A stretch of DNA of 64,000 nt from the NCBI GenBank assembly GCA_023133295.1, contig JAGLWT010000090.1:6402-70401 (forward strand). Direction: 5' to 3'. This DNA comes from a bacterium (GTDB taxonomy: Bacteria > AUK180). A model generated the notes under the pieces. It ran no database searches, was not told where the DNA came from, and saw only the letters and a list, made by a program, of their open reading frames with translations. Shown here piece by piece: positions 19,552-28,890 of the stretch (position 1 is the first letter of the stretch; each line of letters begins with the position of its first letter). The translations under genes were made by a program, and so were the position numbers.

Positions 19552-21018
19552 ATGAATAAACAAGAATTGATCAAAATGCTTGAAGATATAGAATGGGAGG
19601 ACTTCGAGGCCAAAGAAGCTAAAACTGCAGTTCCTAAGAATTCTTGGGAAACAGTAAGCGCTTTTTCAAATACTGCTGGTGGCTGGCTTGTCTTTGGTAT
19701 CAAGAAATCCGGGAAAAAGTATTTCATTACAGGCATTGATAATATCGAAAAGATTGAGCAGGATTTTTTAACAACCCTCCGTGGTGAGAAATTCAATAAA
19801 AAAATGTCTGTGACCAGTAAAAAATACGAAATAGAAGGAAAAAACATCCTTGCATTCTACATTTCTTCGGCTTCTTCAAAAGACAAACCAATCTATTATA
19901 ATTCTCGAAAAAATACTTTTATCAGAACTGGAAGTGGTGATCAGCGTGCAACTCCTGAAGAAATAGATGCAATGTATAGAGATTCTTCCTATGATCAGAA
20001 AGACAAGGAAATAACTAAGTTTACATTGAAGGATCTAGATATCGAAACAATGGATAACTACAGAACATATCTCAATAATATTGAACCGGATCACCGATAT
20101 AACAAGTATTCAACTGAGAAACTCCTTTCAAAGCTGTGCGCTCTCAAGGATGGGAAAGTCACAATAGGAGGACTTCTCGTTTTTGGACAGGAAGATAGTA
20201 TTGCAGATATAATAACAGATTTCAGGATAGATTATTTGGAAATAATGGGGACATCTTATTCTGATGCAGAAGATAGGTACTCCTATCGTCTTCCAGAGGA
20301 GAAGAACCTTTTTACTTACTACTTCAGTATAATGGAACGATTAATCAGGAAAATCGACATCCCTTTCAAATTGAAAGGTGCTTTTAGAGATGAAAATCCT
20401 CCTCAGAAGATCGCTGTCAGAGAGGCACTGGTAAATCTTCTGATGCATTCTGATTATTTCAGCCCCGCTAAACCGAGAATAAGATCCTTTATTGACAGAA
20501 TAGAATTTTTCAATCCGGGTTCCCTTCCCAAACCCATTGAGCAGATAATACAGGAAGACTTTTCTCTTCCAAGAAATCCTACGATTGCAAAGATATTTCG
20601 AGTAATTCACCTTTCTGAGAATATCGGTTCCGGATTTCACAAAATGCTTGAAGGTTGGAAATCATATTATAAACAGACTCCTGTGATTTCAAGTGATATA
20701 GATATGTATAAAATTACCTTTCCTTTTACTACTGAAAAAGGTGGTCAAAAAGGTGGTCAAAAAGGTGGCCAGAAAGGGTGGCCAGAAAGGGTGGCCAGAA
20801 AAGGTGGCCAGAAAATAACAGAAAAGCAGTTAATTGTTCTCACAATTATTGGAAATAATCCATCAATATCGCGAAAAGAAATTGCTAAAAAACTAGGTAT
20901 AAATGTATCTGCAGCCAGGAAACACATTGATGCATTACGAAGAAAGAGATTGCTCAAAAGGGTAGGTCCCGACAAAGGCGGACACTGGGAAGTATTAGAA
21001 GAGGCAACAGAGGAATAG
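19552..21018 (+). CDS. AlbA_2 + HATPase_c_4 + wHTH protein
   Basis: EWEDFEAK, ETVSAFSNTAGG, REALVNLLMHSDY, RNPTIA, KGGQ repeats, RVGPDKGGHWEV. Confidence 0.88.
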   Translation: MNKQELIKMLEDIEWEDFEAKEAKTAVPKNSWETVSAFSNTAGGWLVFGIKKSGKKYFITGIDNIEKIEQDFLTTLRGEKFNKKMSVTSKKYEIEGKNILAFYISSASSKDKPIYYNSRKNTFIRTGSGDQRATPEEIDAMYRDSSYDQKDKEITKFTLKDLDIETMDNYRTYLNNIEPDHRYNKYSTEKLLSKLCALKDGKVTIGGLLVFGQEDSIADIITDFRIDYLEIMGTSYSDAEDRYSYRLPEEKNLFTYYFSIMERLIRKIDIPFKLKGAFRDENPPQKIAVREALVNLLMHSDYFSPAKPRIRSFIDRIEFFNPGSLPKPIEQIIQEDFSLPRNPTIAKIFRVIHLSENIGSGFHKMLEGWKSYYKQTPVISSDIDMYKITFPFTTEKGGQKGGQKGGQKGWPERVARKGGQKITEKQLIVLTIIGNNPSISRKEIAKKLGINVSAARKHIDALRRKRLLKRVGPDKGGHWEVLEEATEE

Positions 21019-21021
21019 TAT

Positions 21022-21387
21022 ATGGTGACTTACCCAAAGAGAAATTCTAATAATCATATTTTGCCTACGGATAAAACTACGGGTAAAACTACGGATAAAA
21101 CTACGGGTAAATTTACCAAGAAAGGTTCCCAGAAAACTACCCAAGAAACTACCCAAGAAATTCCCCAGAAAATTAAAAATGAGGGATTAAATGAGGGATT
21201 AAAAACACTTCTAGAGTGCATCCGTGTAAACCCTGGTATTCAGGCCAAAGATATTTCTAAGTTATTGAACAATAGGCCAATTAAGACAATTGAAAGGCAG
21301 ATAAGTGATCTTAAGAATAGGCAATTAATCGAAAGAAAAGGAAGTCGAAAAACAGGTGGATACTATATAACGGACTTGGCGGATTAA
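21022..21387 (+). CDS. small wHTH protein preceded by several different tetrapeptide repeats
   Basis: TTDK/TTGK, TTQE, NEGL repeats then KTIERQISDLK..LIERKGSRKTGGY. Confidence 0.65.
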   Translation: MVTYPKRNSNNHILPTDKTTGKTTDKTTGKFTKKGSQKTTQETTQEIPQKIKNEGLNEGLKTLLECIRVNPGIQAKDISKLLNNRPIKTIERQISDLKNRQLIERKGSRKTGGYYITDLAD

Positions 21388-21470
21388 ATGGCGGATTAAA
21401 TGGCGGATAATAAAAAATGAATAGAGCAAGAACCCTCTCCATATTTCAGGTGAAAAGTGAAAGGTGAAAA

Positions 21471-21860
21471 GTGAAAAGGGGAACCGGACAGTCATATTCT
21501 ACATTAAAGGCTTGGGTGCTTGCCGATAAACTAGCTCACAAGATATATGATATAAGTTTTCAATTTCCACAGGAAGAAATATATGGACTTACATCACAAA
21601 TAACGCGTGCCGCATTATCCGTTCCGACAAATATTGTTGAGGGATATACCAGGATAAGCAGACCTGAGTTAAAACATTTTTGCAGTATTACGTTAGGTTC
21701 TCTTGGCGAAACAGGTTATTTACTTGACTTCTCATTAAAAAGAAAATACATATCTCAAACGGATTATACTGAGGTAAAAAATCTGCATCAGGAAACAGGA
21801 GCGTTACTCTGGAAATTCTACCATTCTCTTGAATCCAAAATCAGGAAGGAGAAAAAATGA
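21471..21860 (+). CDS. four-helix-bundle protein (23S rRNA IVP / bAvd-like family)
   Basis: FPQEEIYGLTSQITRAALSVPTNIVEG, GSLGETGY; flanked by heptamer repeats. Confidence 0.9.
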   Translation: MKRGTGQSYSTLKAWVLADKLAHKIYDISFQFPQEEIYGLTSQITRAALSVPTNIVEGYTRISRPELKHFCSITLGSLGETGYLLDFSLKRKYISQTDYTEVKNLHQETGALLWKFYHSLESKIRKEKK

Positions 21861-22062
21861 GTGCATTATTTCATCTCCCTTTTTCCATCTCCCTTTTCAG
21901 CAAAGCCTGCTTTGCTACCTTTTCCCATTTCCCTTATCAGCGAACTTGTTCGCAACCTTATCACTTATCAGCAAAGCTTGCTTTGCGACCGTTTCCCATT
22001 TCAGCGCAGCGACCTTTTCACGTTCCGCGTTGCATACATGGAACTACTAAGGAGTTAATGTA

Positions 22063-25000
22063 ATGAGTCTGCACACATATGTAAACAAGATTAAAAAGCT
22101 GTATAAAAGCGGAATCTCCACCGAACACAGCTATCGTGGTGATCTTCAGGTTCTATTGACCGATATGGTGCCGGGTATTATTGTTACCAATGAACCCAAA
22201 AGGCAGGAGTGCGGCGCACCGGATTATATCATCCAGAGAAAGCAGGTGCCACTCGGTTATATTGAGGCAAAGGACATTGGAATAGACCTCAACAAGATAG
22301 AGAAGTCCGAACAGCTCAAACGATACCTTAAATCTCTTGACAATCTCATTTTGACTGACTATCTGGATTTCCGGTTTTTCCGCTATGGTGAAAAGGTGGG
22401 AGAGATCCATCTAGGCGAAGTCGTTGACGGTAAGATATCGGTTTTCTACAACAATTTTGCATCTTTTGAAACCCATATCAAGGACTTCTGCAATTTTCAG
22501 GGACAGACGATAAAGTCATCCTCCAAGCTGGCTAAGATAATGGCGCACAAGGCAAAATTAATGGAAGAGATCCTCCACAATGTTGTTACTGAAGAAGGTG
22601 ACAACTCATTAAAGGATCAATTAAAGGCGTTCAGAAGAATTCTTATCCATGATCTGAAAGAAGAAAGCTTTGCTGACATATACGCTCAGACGATAGCGTA
22701 TGGAATGTTCGCCGCCCGTCTTCATGATACCACGCTGGAGGATTTTTCCAGACAGGAGGCAAGAGACCTCATCCCCAAGTCAAATCCATTTCTCAGAAAT
22801 CTCTTTGACTACATATCGGGAGCCAATCTTGATGACCGAATCGTCTGGATAGTGGATGAGCTGGCTAATATCTTTCAGGCGACCGACCTCAAAGAACTTC
22901 TGAAAGATTTCGGAAAGCAGACAGGGCAGTATGATCCGTTTCTGCATTTCTATGAGACCTTCCTTGCTGAATACAATCCGAAGCTCAGAAAATCCAGAGG
23001 AGTTTACTACACTCCTGAACCAGTAGTCGATTTCATAGTCCGTGCAGTTGATGATATTTTGGTCAGTGAGTTTGGTATTAAAAAAGGCCTTGCTGATACC
23101 TCCAAGGTTACGATCAAATATGATTCGGATGTTACCGACAAGAGAACAAAATCAAAAAAAATGCAGATTGAAAAAGAAGTCCACAAGGTCCAGATACTTG
23201 ACCCCGCCGCGGGAACGGGTACATTTCTGGCGAATGTGGTAAAGCATATCTACAAGAAATTTGAGGGACAGGAGGGCATCTGGTCTAATTATGTGGAGGA
23301 GCATCTTATACCTCGTCTCAACGGCTTTGAGATACTCATGGCTCCATATGCGATGTGCCATCTGAAGCTTGAAATGCTTTTGACAGAAACTGGATACAAG
23401 CCAAGTACAAAAGGGAGTGAAAAGCGTCTCAGGGTATTTCTCACGAACAGCTTGGAGAAAGCCCATCCAGATACAGGGACACTCTTTGCGTCCTGGCTTT
23501 CAAAGGAATCTGAAGACGCAAATTTTGTGAAACAGAACACTCCCGTCATGGTAATTCTCGGCAATCCACCATACAGCGGGGAAAGTTCCAACAAAGGCCA
23601 ATGGATCATGGATCTGATGGAGGATTATAAGAAAGAACCAGGTGGACAAGAGAAATTGAAAGAAAAGAATTCCAAATGGATCAATGATGACTATGTTAAG
23701 TTCTTAAGATATGGACAGCACTTCATCGAGAAGAATGGAAGTGGGATCCTTGCCTTCATTAATCCACATGGTTTTTTAGATAATCCGACATTCAGAGGAA
23801 TGCGGTGGCATCTACTTAAAACCTATGACAAGATTTATTCATTAAACCTACATGGCAACGCCAAGAAGAAGGAGAAATGTCCTGATGGCTCATATGATGA
23901 GAATGTCTTTGATATTCAACAAGGAGTCTCAATAAATCTGTTCGTTAAAACTGGAAAGAAGAAATCTAGTGATTTAGCTGAAGTATATTATTCAGACCTT
24001 TATGGTTTAAGAGATTACAAGTATAATTTTCTAATTGAGAATTCAAAGAATTCAGTTGATTATAAGAAACTACTGAACAAACCAAAAATGTATTTTATGG
24101 TACCAAGAGATTATGAAACGCAAGAATCTTATACTAAGGGTTTCTTAATTAACGAATTGTTTGTCAATAACAATGTAGGGATTGTTACTTCCAGAGACTC
24201 ATTTATTATATCGGAAGATGAGAAGACATTGGTAAAAAGAATAAAGGATTTTATTAATCTCGATCGTAATGAGATTTTACAGAAATATAAAATCAGTGAA
24301 AATAAAAGATGGAAAATTAATGAAGTGAAATCAATGATAAATGATATAGACATGAATAACATTGTAAATATTATGTACAGGCCATTTGATATTAAAAAGA
24401 TTTACTACAATGATTACTTTGTTGAAAGGACAAGAAGAGATATTATGTACCATATGGTTGCTGGAGAAAATCTGGGAGTCGTTTATAAATTGGGAAACTC
24501 AGAAGAAAAATCTGCTTCAGCGATGGTATCAAGAAATATTATAGATTTCAGAAGTTGGTCAAGACCAGGTATGCAAGGAGGCGATTCCATTGCTCCACTC
24601 TATCTTTATCATGAAAATCCTGAACAACTAACTATTTCGGGAGAATATGGAAGAAAACCCAATCTTGATATGGATATTATTCAGAAGATCGCTAATGGAT
24701 TGAAATTAACATTCACTAATGAGAAAGAGGATACAGTGGGGACATTTGCCCCAATCGATATCCTCGACTATATCTACGCTATGCTTCACAGCCCATCGTA
24801 CAGAGAGAAGTACAAGGAATTTCTCAAGATCGATTTCCCCAGAGTTCCTTATCCTAAGGATAAAAAAACATTCTGGAAGCTGGGTGAGAAGGGAGGTGAG
24901 CTCCGGCAGATACACCTTCTGGAATCCCCAAAAGTGGAGCAGTACATCACCAAATATCCAGTTGGCGGAGATAACATAATCACTCGAAAGCTCACCACGA

Positions 25001-25260
25001 AAAGCCCCGGATTTGAGTTTACGGATGAGAAAAAAGGCATCGGTCGTGTCTGGGTCAATGATGAACAGTATTTTGATGATGTCCCGCTCATTGCTTGGGA
25101 GTTTTACATCGGAGGATACCAACCTGCCCAGAAGTGGTTGAAGGACAGAAGAGGTCGCGCATTGACCTCAGACGACATCTTCCACTACCAAAAAATCATT
25201 GTTGCTCTCACCCAAACCCATAGGATTATGGGGGAGATAGATAAAATTGATAGAATTTAG
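22063..25260 (+). CDS. type IIG / type ISP-like restriction-modification enzyme (PD-(D/E)xK nuclease + N6-adenine MTase + LlaBIII-like C-terminal TRD)
   Basis: PDY..IEAK; GVYYTP; ILDPAAGTGTF; GNPPY; IDFPRVP; IGGYQPAQKWLKDR. Confidence 0.92.
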   Translation: MSLHTYVNKIKKLYKSGISTEHSYRGDLQVLLTDMVPGIIVTNEPKRQECGAPDYIIQRKQVPLGYIEAKDIGIDLNKIEKSEQLKRYLKSLDNLILTDYLDFRFFRYGEKVGEIHLGEVVDGKISVFYNNFASFETHIKDFCNFQGQTIKSSSKLAKIMAHKAKLMEEILHNVVTEEGDNSLKDQLKAFRRILIHDLKEESFADIYAQTIAYGMFAARLHDTTLEDFSRQEARDLIPKSNPFLRNLFDYISGANLDDRIVWIVDELANIFQATDLKELLKDFGKQTGQYDPFLHFYETFLAEYNPKLRKSRGVYYTPEPVVDFIVRAVDDILVSEFGIKKGLADTSKVTIKYDSDVTDKRTKSKKMQIEKEVHKVQILDPAAGTGTFLANVVKHIYKKFEGQEGIWSNYVEEHLIPRLNGFEILMAPYAMCHLKLEMLLTETGYKPSTKGSEKRLRVFLTNSLEKAHPDTGTLFASWLSKESEDANFVKQNTPVMVILGNPPYSGESSNKGQWIMDLMEDYKKEPGGQEKLKEKNSKWINDDYVKFLRYGQHFIEKNGSGILAFINPHGFLDNPTFRGMRWHLLKTYDKIYSLNLHGNAKKKEKCPDGSYDENVFDIQQGVSINLFVKTGKKKSSDLAEVYYSDLYGLRDYKYNFLIENSKNSVDYKKLLNKPKMYFMVPRDYETQESYTKGFLINELFVNNNVGIVTSRDSFIISEDEKTLVKRIKDFINLDRNEILQKYKISENKRWKINEVKSMINDIDMNNIVNIMYRPFDIKKIYYNDYFVERTRRDIMYHMVAGENLGVVYKLGNSEEKSASAMVSRNIIDFRSWSRPGMQGGDSIAPLYLYHENPEQLTISGEYGRKPNLDMDIIQKIANGLKLTFTNEKEDTVGTFAPIDILDYIYAMLHSPSYREKYKEFLKIDFPRVPYPKDKKTFWKLGEKGGELRQIHLLESPKVEQYITKYPVGGDNIITRKLTTKSPGFEFTDEKKGIGRVWVNDEQYFDDVPLIAWEFYIGGYQPAQKWLKDRRGRALTSDDIFHYQKIIVALTQTHRIMGEIDKIDRI

Positions 25261-25271
25261 GATATTTACAT

Positions 25272-26420
25272 ATGGATGATGATATAAAAGCATTGATTGA
25301 AATTCTCAAACATGAAGGGAGAGGTGACCTAGCGGAATTGCTCATTGAGTCATCTAGTAATGTTGATATGTCAGGTTCTTACGGCAACTACATGTATTCA
25401 GTCCTCAGTAAATTTGAGATATTCTCACCATACAAAAGATATAAAAAATTAAGGGCATTAAACGACAATGACAAAGAGTTTATTCTGAAATGCCTACTTG
25501 AAATTTACCCTCACAAGGAGCGAGAACCTGAAATAGTTGATATTATCTTCTATTTGAGCAAAGAACATACAGTTAAGGAGCATTCAGCAGGAGAAATAGT
25601 GGAAGTCGATCGCTTCATCATAGCTTTTCGAGAATATGTAAATACATTAATTAATATGGAGTATTTTGTCGGTGTTGGTTGGGTCGATATCGATGGTGAT
25701 CCCTATTTTGATACTTCAGAATTACACTCAGATATGACGATTGAACTTGGCATTGAGTCATTTGAAGATCTAAATTCAGTTGGTGTTCTATTTGACCTAA
25801 TCGAGTTCTACTATGGTGTCTTGAAGAAAGAATATAAGGATGGCGAAAAATCCCCCAGATATAAATATACAGTAAAAGTAAATAAACTTCTTAAAAAATT
25901 CAACCTTAAAGATATCATTAGTGAGGGAAAAATGAGTAGAAATGATAAAGAACTTCTTCAATGTTCTCTCAAAAAAAGCAAAGTGATTAATAATCCGAAA
26001 ATATCTAAGTGTTATGATCTGTTTATATGCCACGCATCAGAAGATAAAGAGACAATTGTGAAAGAACTCACTTCGGAATTAGAAAAACACGGGATTAAAT
26101 TCTGGATTGATGCTCTTAATATAAAATGGGGCGATGGAATAGTGAGTTATATTAATGATGGATTAGGAAAATCAAATTATGTTCTTGCAATTATTTCAAA
26201 GGCCTTTGTTGACAAGAACTGGCCAGAGAAGGAGTTAAATGCCGCTCTACATCTTGAAATTAGTTCTGGAAAAACGAAAGTATTGCCCTTGTTAGTAGGT
26301 GATATAGATATTAAGGCTAAGTATCCATTATTAGCTGAAAAATATTATAAGAAATGGGAAGATGGTCTTGAGATTATTATTAATGCTTTATTGATCAGAT
26401 TAGCAAAAGAGGAGGATTAA
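25272..26420 (+). CDS. TIR domain protein (C-terminal TIR, unknown N-terminal sensor)
   Basis: YDLFICHASEDK...FWID...WPEKELNAAL. Confidence 0.85.
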   Translation: MDDDIKALIEILKHEGRGDLAELLIESSSNVDMSGSYGNYMYSVLSKFEIFSPYKRYKKLRALNDNDKEFILKCLLEIYPHKEREPEIVDIIFYLSKEHTVKEHSAGEIVEVDRFIIAFREYVNTLINMEYFVGVGWVDIDGDPYFDTSELHSDMTIELGIESFEDLNSVGVLFDLIEFYYGVLKKEYKDGEKSPRYKYTVKVNKLLKKFNLKDIISEGKMSRNDKELLQCSLKKSKVINNPKISKCYDLFICHASEDKETIVKELTSELEKHGIKFWIDALNIKWGDGIVSYINDGLGKSNYVLAIISKAFVDKNWPEKELNAALHLEISSGKTKVLPLLVGDIDIKAKYPLLAEKYYKKWEDGLEIIINALLIRLAKEED

Positions 26421-26421
26421 T

Positions 26422-26940
26422 GTGAGTAAAAGTTATGACTACTTTGACATTTCTGAAGTTGATAAGGAAACGTGGGAAAAAATTTGCCCGAAAGGGACAT
26501 ATAGAATCTTAACAACAGCTGAGCTTCTTACGCAAAAGATATTACCAGAAGATCTAGTAAAAAAATTCAACAACGTTCTTGTGGTTGCTTCGGATATTCT
26601 TGAGATTAATACAACTTTCTACATGGTTAATGGAAATAGAGTGGATCAGAATGCCGGTCAAATCGATCAACAACCATTTGGCTTTGCCTTTGTAGATGAT
26701 CTTCCAAGCTTTAGTGGAATTCTGGTTCAACATGGTAATTGGAATGATAGAAGTACACCACCGCCTAATGATTTCTGGGAAAAGATAGCTCTTAGTGGAT
26801 TGTATGTTTCATTGCCGCTTAGTGAAATGCCAATATCCCTATCAGGATCTCTTTCTGATTTAGGCATTGAAAGTCAATATGATGCTTTTAGGGACTTATA
26901 TAGTAGATATCACAATGATATTAAATCAGATAATTCATAA
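26422..26940 (+). CDS. hypothetical protein coupled to the TIR gene
   Basis: GTG start 2 nt after the TIR stop, GAGGAGG RBS; 172 aa. Confidence 0.65.
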   Translation: MSKSYDYFDISEVDKETWEKICPKGTYRILTTAELLTQKILPEDLVKKFNNVLVVASDILEINTTFYMVNGNRVDQNAGQIDQQPFGFAFVDDLPSFSGILVQHGNWNDRSTPPPNDFWEKIALSGLYVSLPLSEMPISLSGSLSDLGIESQYDAFRDLYSRYHNDIKSDNS

Positions 26941-27029
26941 AAAGAGGATTTTCGGGAACGGTTGTTGTGTTTGCTGCAAAATAGATGCTGCTTAGGGACA
27001 GTGATAGGTTGAAATGAGACAAAAAAAAA

Positions 27030-27101
27030 CAAAAAATCATCGTTGCCTTCACCGAGACCCATCGGATAATGGGGGGGATTGATGAGATTAATATATTGTA
27101 G
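27030..27101 (+). repeat. copy of the MTase 3' tail
   Basis: encodes QKIIVAFTETHRIMGGIDEINIL* vs QKIIVALTQTHRIMGEIDKIDRI* of 22063-25260. Confidence 0.85.
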
Positions 27102-27118
27102 GATTACAGAGGTAAAAA

Positions 27119-27970
27119 ATGAATGAAAAAGATAAGAAGCTTACATTCTCAGAGAGAACCGGGAATAAACCAATAAATAAAGCCCTACAAATAGATTCTA
27201 TGAATGATGATTTACGAATGGCTTTGTGGAACATATTCTATATATTTTTCTTTGATGGGAATAAATCACGCAGCATTAGTTCCAAATATAAGATGTTCTT
27301 TTCAGTGTTATGGATTAACTATTTCAAATTGCCATATGATCAATTTCCTGTAAAGGTAAATGAAATGAGGGATTTCATTAAATCACATATTCTCACGCAA
27401 TGGAAATGGTATGAGGTCTATGATTTTATTGAGAGAATCCCCAAAGTAAAAGATATTCCAGTTAATCCAAATGAATTTAAAGACACATGCAACAAAATAT
27501 TGAATAGGGAACATTCAGCCTATAGGTTTATTGACGAACATTTAACTCCGATAGTTGAAAACTGTGAAATTGAAGAAATAGAAAAGGCTTTGAAATCCTC
27601 ATTTTCTTCGGTTCAAACACATGTGAGAAGAGCCTTAGAGCTTCTGTCAGACAAGAACAATCCTGATTATCGAAACTCGATAAAAGAATCTATAAGTGCA
27701 GTGGAAGCACTTTGTAGAATAATTGCTGAAGATAATAGCGCTACGTTGTCCGATGCGATCAAAACAATGAAAAAGAAGAAGAAAATGCATTCTCAATTTG
27801 AGCAGGCAATTCTAAATCTTTATAATTACTCAAGCGATAATGCAGGGATAAGACATTCACTAACTGAATCCACAGAAGAGGTAACTTTGGTGGAAGCCCG
27901 TTTTGTTTTAGTAACTGTTTCAGCGTTTATCAATTATATTACTTGGATTTTCAAGAATGAAATTGGATGA
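27119..27970 (+). CDS. AbiJ-N-terminal-like (NTD4) / HEPN-like putative defence protein
   Basis: FSERTG..LQIDSMNDDLRMALWN; WYEVYDFIE; NPDYRNSIKESISAVE; GIRH motif. Confidence 0.7.
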   Translation: MNEKDKKLTFSERTGNKPINKALQIDSMNDDLRMALWNIFYIFFFDGNKSRSISSKYKMFFSVLWINYFKLPYDQFPVKVNEMRDFIKSHILTQWKWYEVYDFIERIPKVKDIPVNPNEFKDTCNKILNREHSAYRFIDEHLTPIVENCEIEEIEKALKSSFSSVQTHVRRALELLSDKNNPDYRNSIKESISAVEALCRIIAEDNSATLSDAIKTMKKKKKMHSQFEQAILNLYNYSSDNAGIRHSLTESTEEVTLVEARFVLVTVSAFINYITWIFKNEIG

Positions 27971-28068
27971 GCTTCACAAATATAATGCAATTTGATAATA
28001 CTAACAAGCAGATAGTATACCTTAAGGAGAAGAGATGGATTCTAGGTATTTAGAGCATCAGGGAATTC

Positions 28069-28276
28069 GGGGACGGTAGTTGCGAAAGTTGCAAAATTAC
28101 TGGCATTCTTTAAATAAATAATTGTGTATAGGGCTGAAAGGGGAGAGCAGGTTGTATCAATCCGCTAAGAATACCGGATTTGATTTCAGTTTATTGTGTG
28201 GTATAATAAGCCAAATGAAGAAGGGAGATATTGGAAAATGAAAAATGAAAATGCAACAAATGCAACAACCGTCCCC
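28069..28276 (+). mobile_element. GGGGACGGT-ended non-autonomous element with internal promoter
   Basis: inverted ends ggggacggtagttgc / gcaacaaccgtcccc; interior matches 12920-13055. Confidence 0.75.
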
Positions 28277-28305
28277 GGAATTCTCCAAGTGAGGGCTGTT
28301 TAGAA

Positions 28306-28737
28306 GTGGAGAAAAAAGTATCTTTCCTTGTTAAGAAAATATTTAGGATCGTAATTTTGATTATTTCACCGCTAATCCCTTGGTTCTATATAAAAATGAT
28401 TTTTTATTTCGAAGGCTCTCCATGGGGCCCGCTTTGCCTTCTCCATCTGTTTTATGATTATACCAAACCGTTTGTTTGGGAGCGAATCTTCTTCGGCACT
28501 GTTGGATTATTGCTTGGTTTAGTATTTGGAATCAATGCTTGTAAGGTGCTTGTGGATTTTAAGAATAAGGAAAAACTCTACTTCAAAGCTCTCAGATTGT
28601 TCTTTATCATATTAGGGTTAGTATATCTAGCGATTCTTGTTTTCTCAATGGTTGATATGACAGTTATTCCAATATGGTATTCTGAGAAATCATATCTTTT
28701 TAGAGTAGCCTTCTTTTTTTCAGAATATACTATGTGA
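28306..28737 (+). CDS. hypothetical membrane protein
   Basis: 3 TM segments; start context GAGGGCTGTTTAGAAGTGGAGAAAAAAGTA shared with the 16203 gene. Confidence 0.7.
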   Translation: MEKKVSFLVKKIFRIVILIISPLIPWFYIKMIFYFEGSPWGPLCLLHLFYDYTKPFVWERIFFGTVGLLLGLVFGINACKVLVDFKNKEKLYFKALRLFFIILGLVYLAILVFSMVDMTVIPIWYSEKSYLFRVAFFFSEYTM

Positions 28738-28779
28738 AAAATCCTGACAAGCAAGGTAGTTTGTCTTCACTATTAAATT

Positions 28780-28890
28780 GAACTTTGATTTTGCAACAAA
28801 ATCAATCAAAGAAATTTGCATTGGTATAACAAAAGTATTACAATAAATTAGAGCTTTCGAGTACGATTTATAGGAGCTTTGTTTTGGGGA
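28780..28890 (+). promoter_or_regulatory. repeated promoter/RBS module, copy 3
   Basis: TTGCAT(28816)-17-TACAAT(28839); AGGAG 7 nt before TTG 28884. Confidence 0.8.

Noticed and set aside
21471-21860. Diversity-generating retroelement (Avd-like gene)
   Set aside because: No reverse transcriptase, and no TR/VR pair with adenine-specific mismatches; differences among the MTase-tail copies are not A-restricted.
27014-27030. Poly-A tract as a phase-variable switch for a mini-MTase peptide
   Set aside because: The ATG is one base out of frame with the tail and has no convincing RBS; more likely decay.
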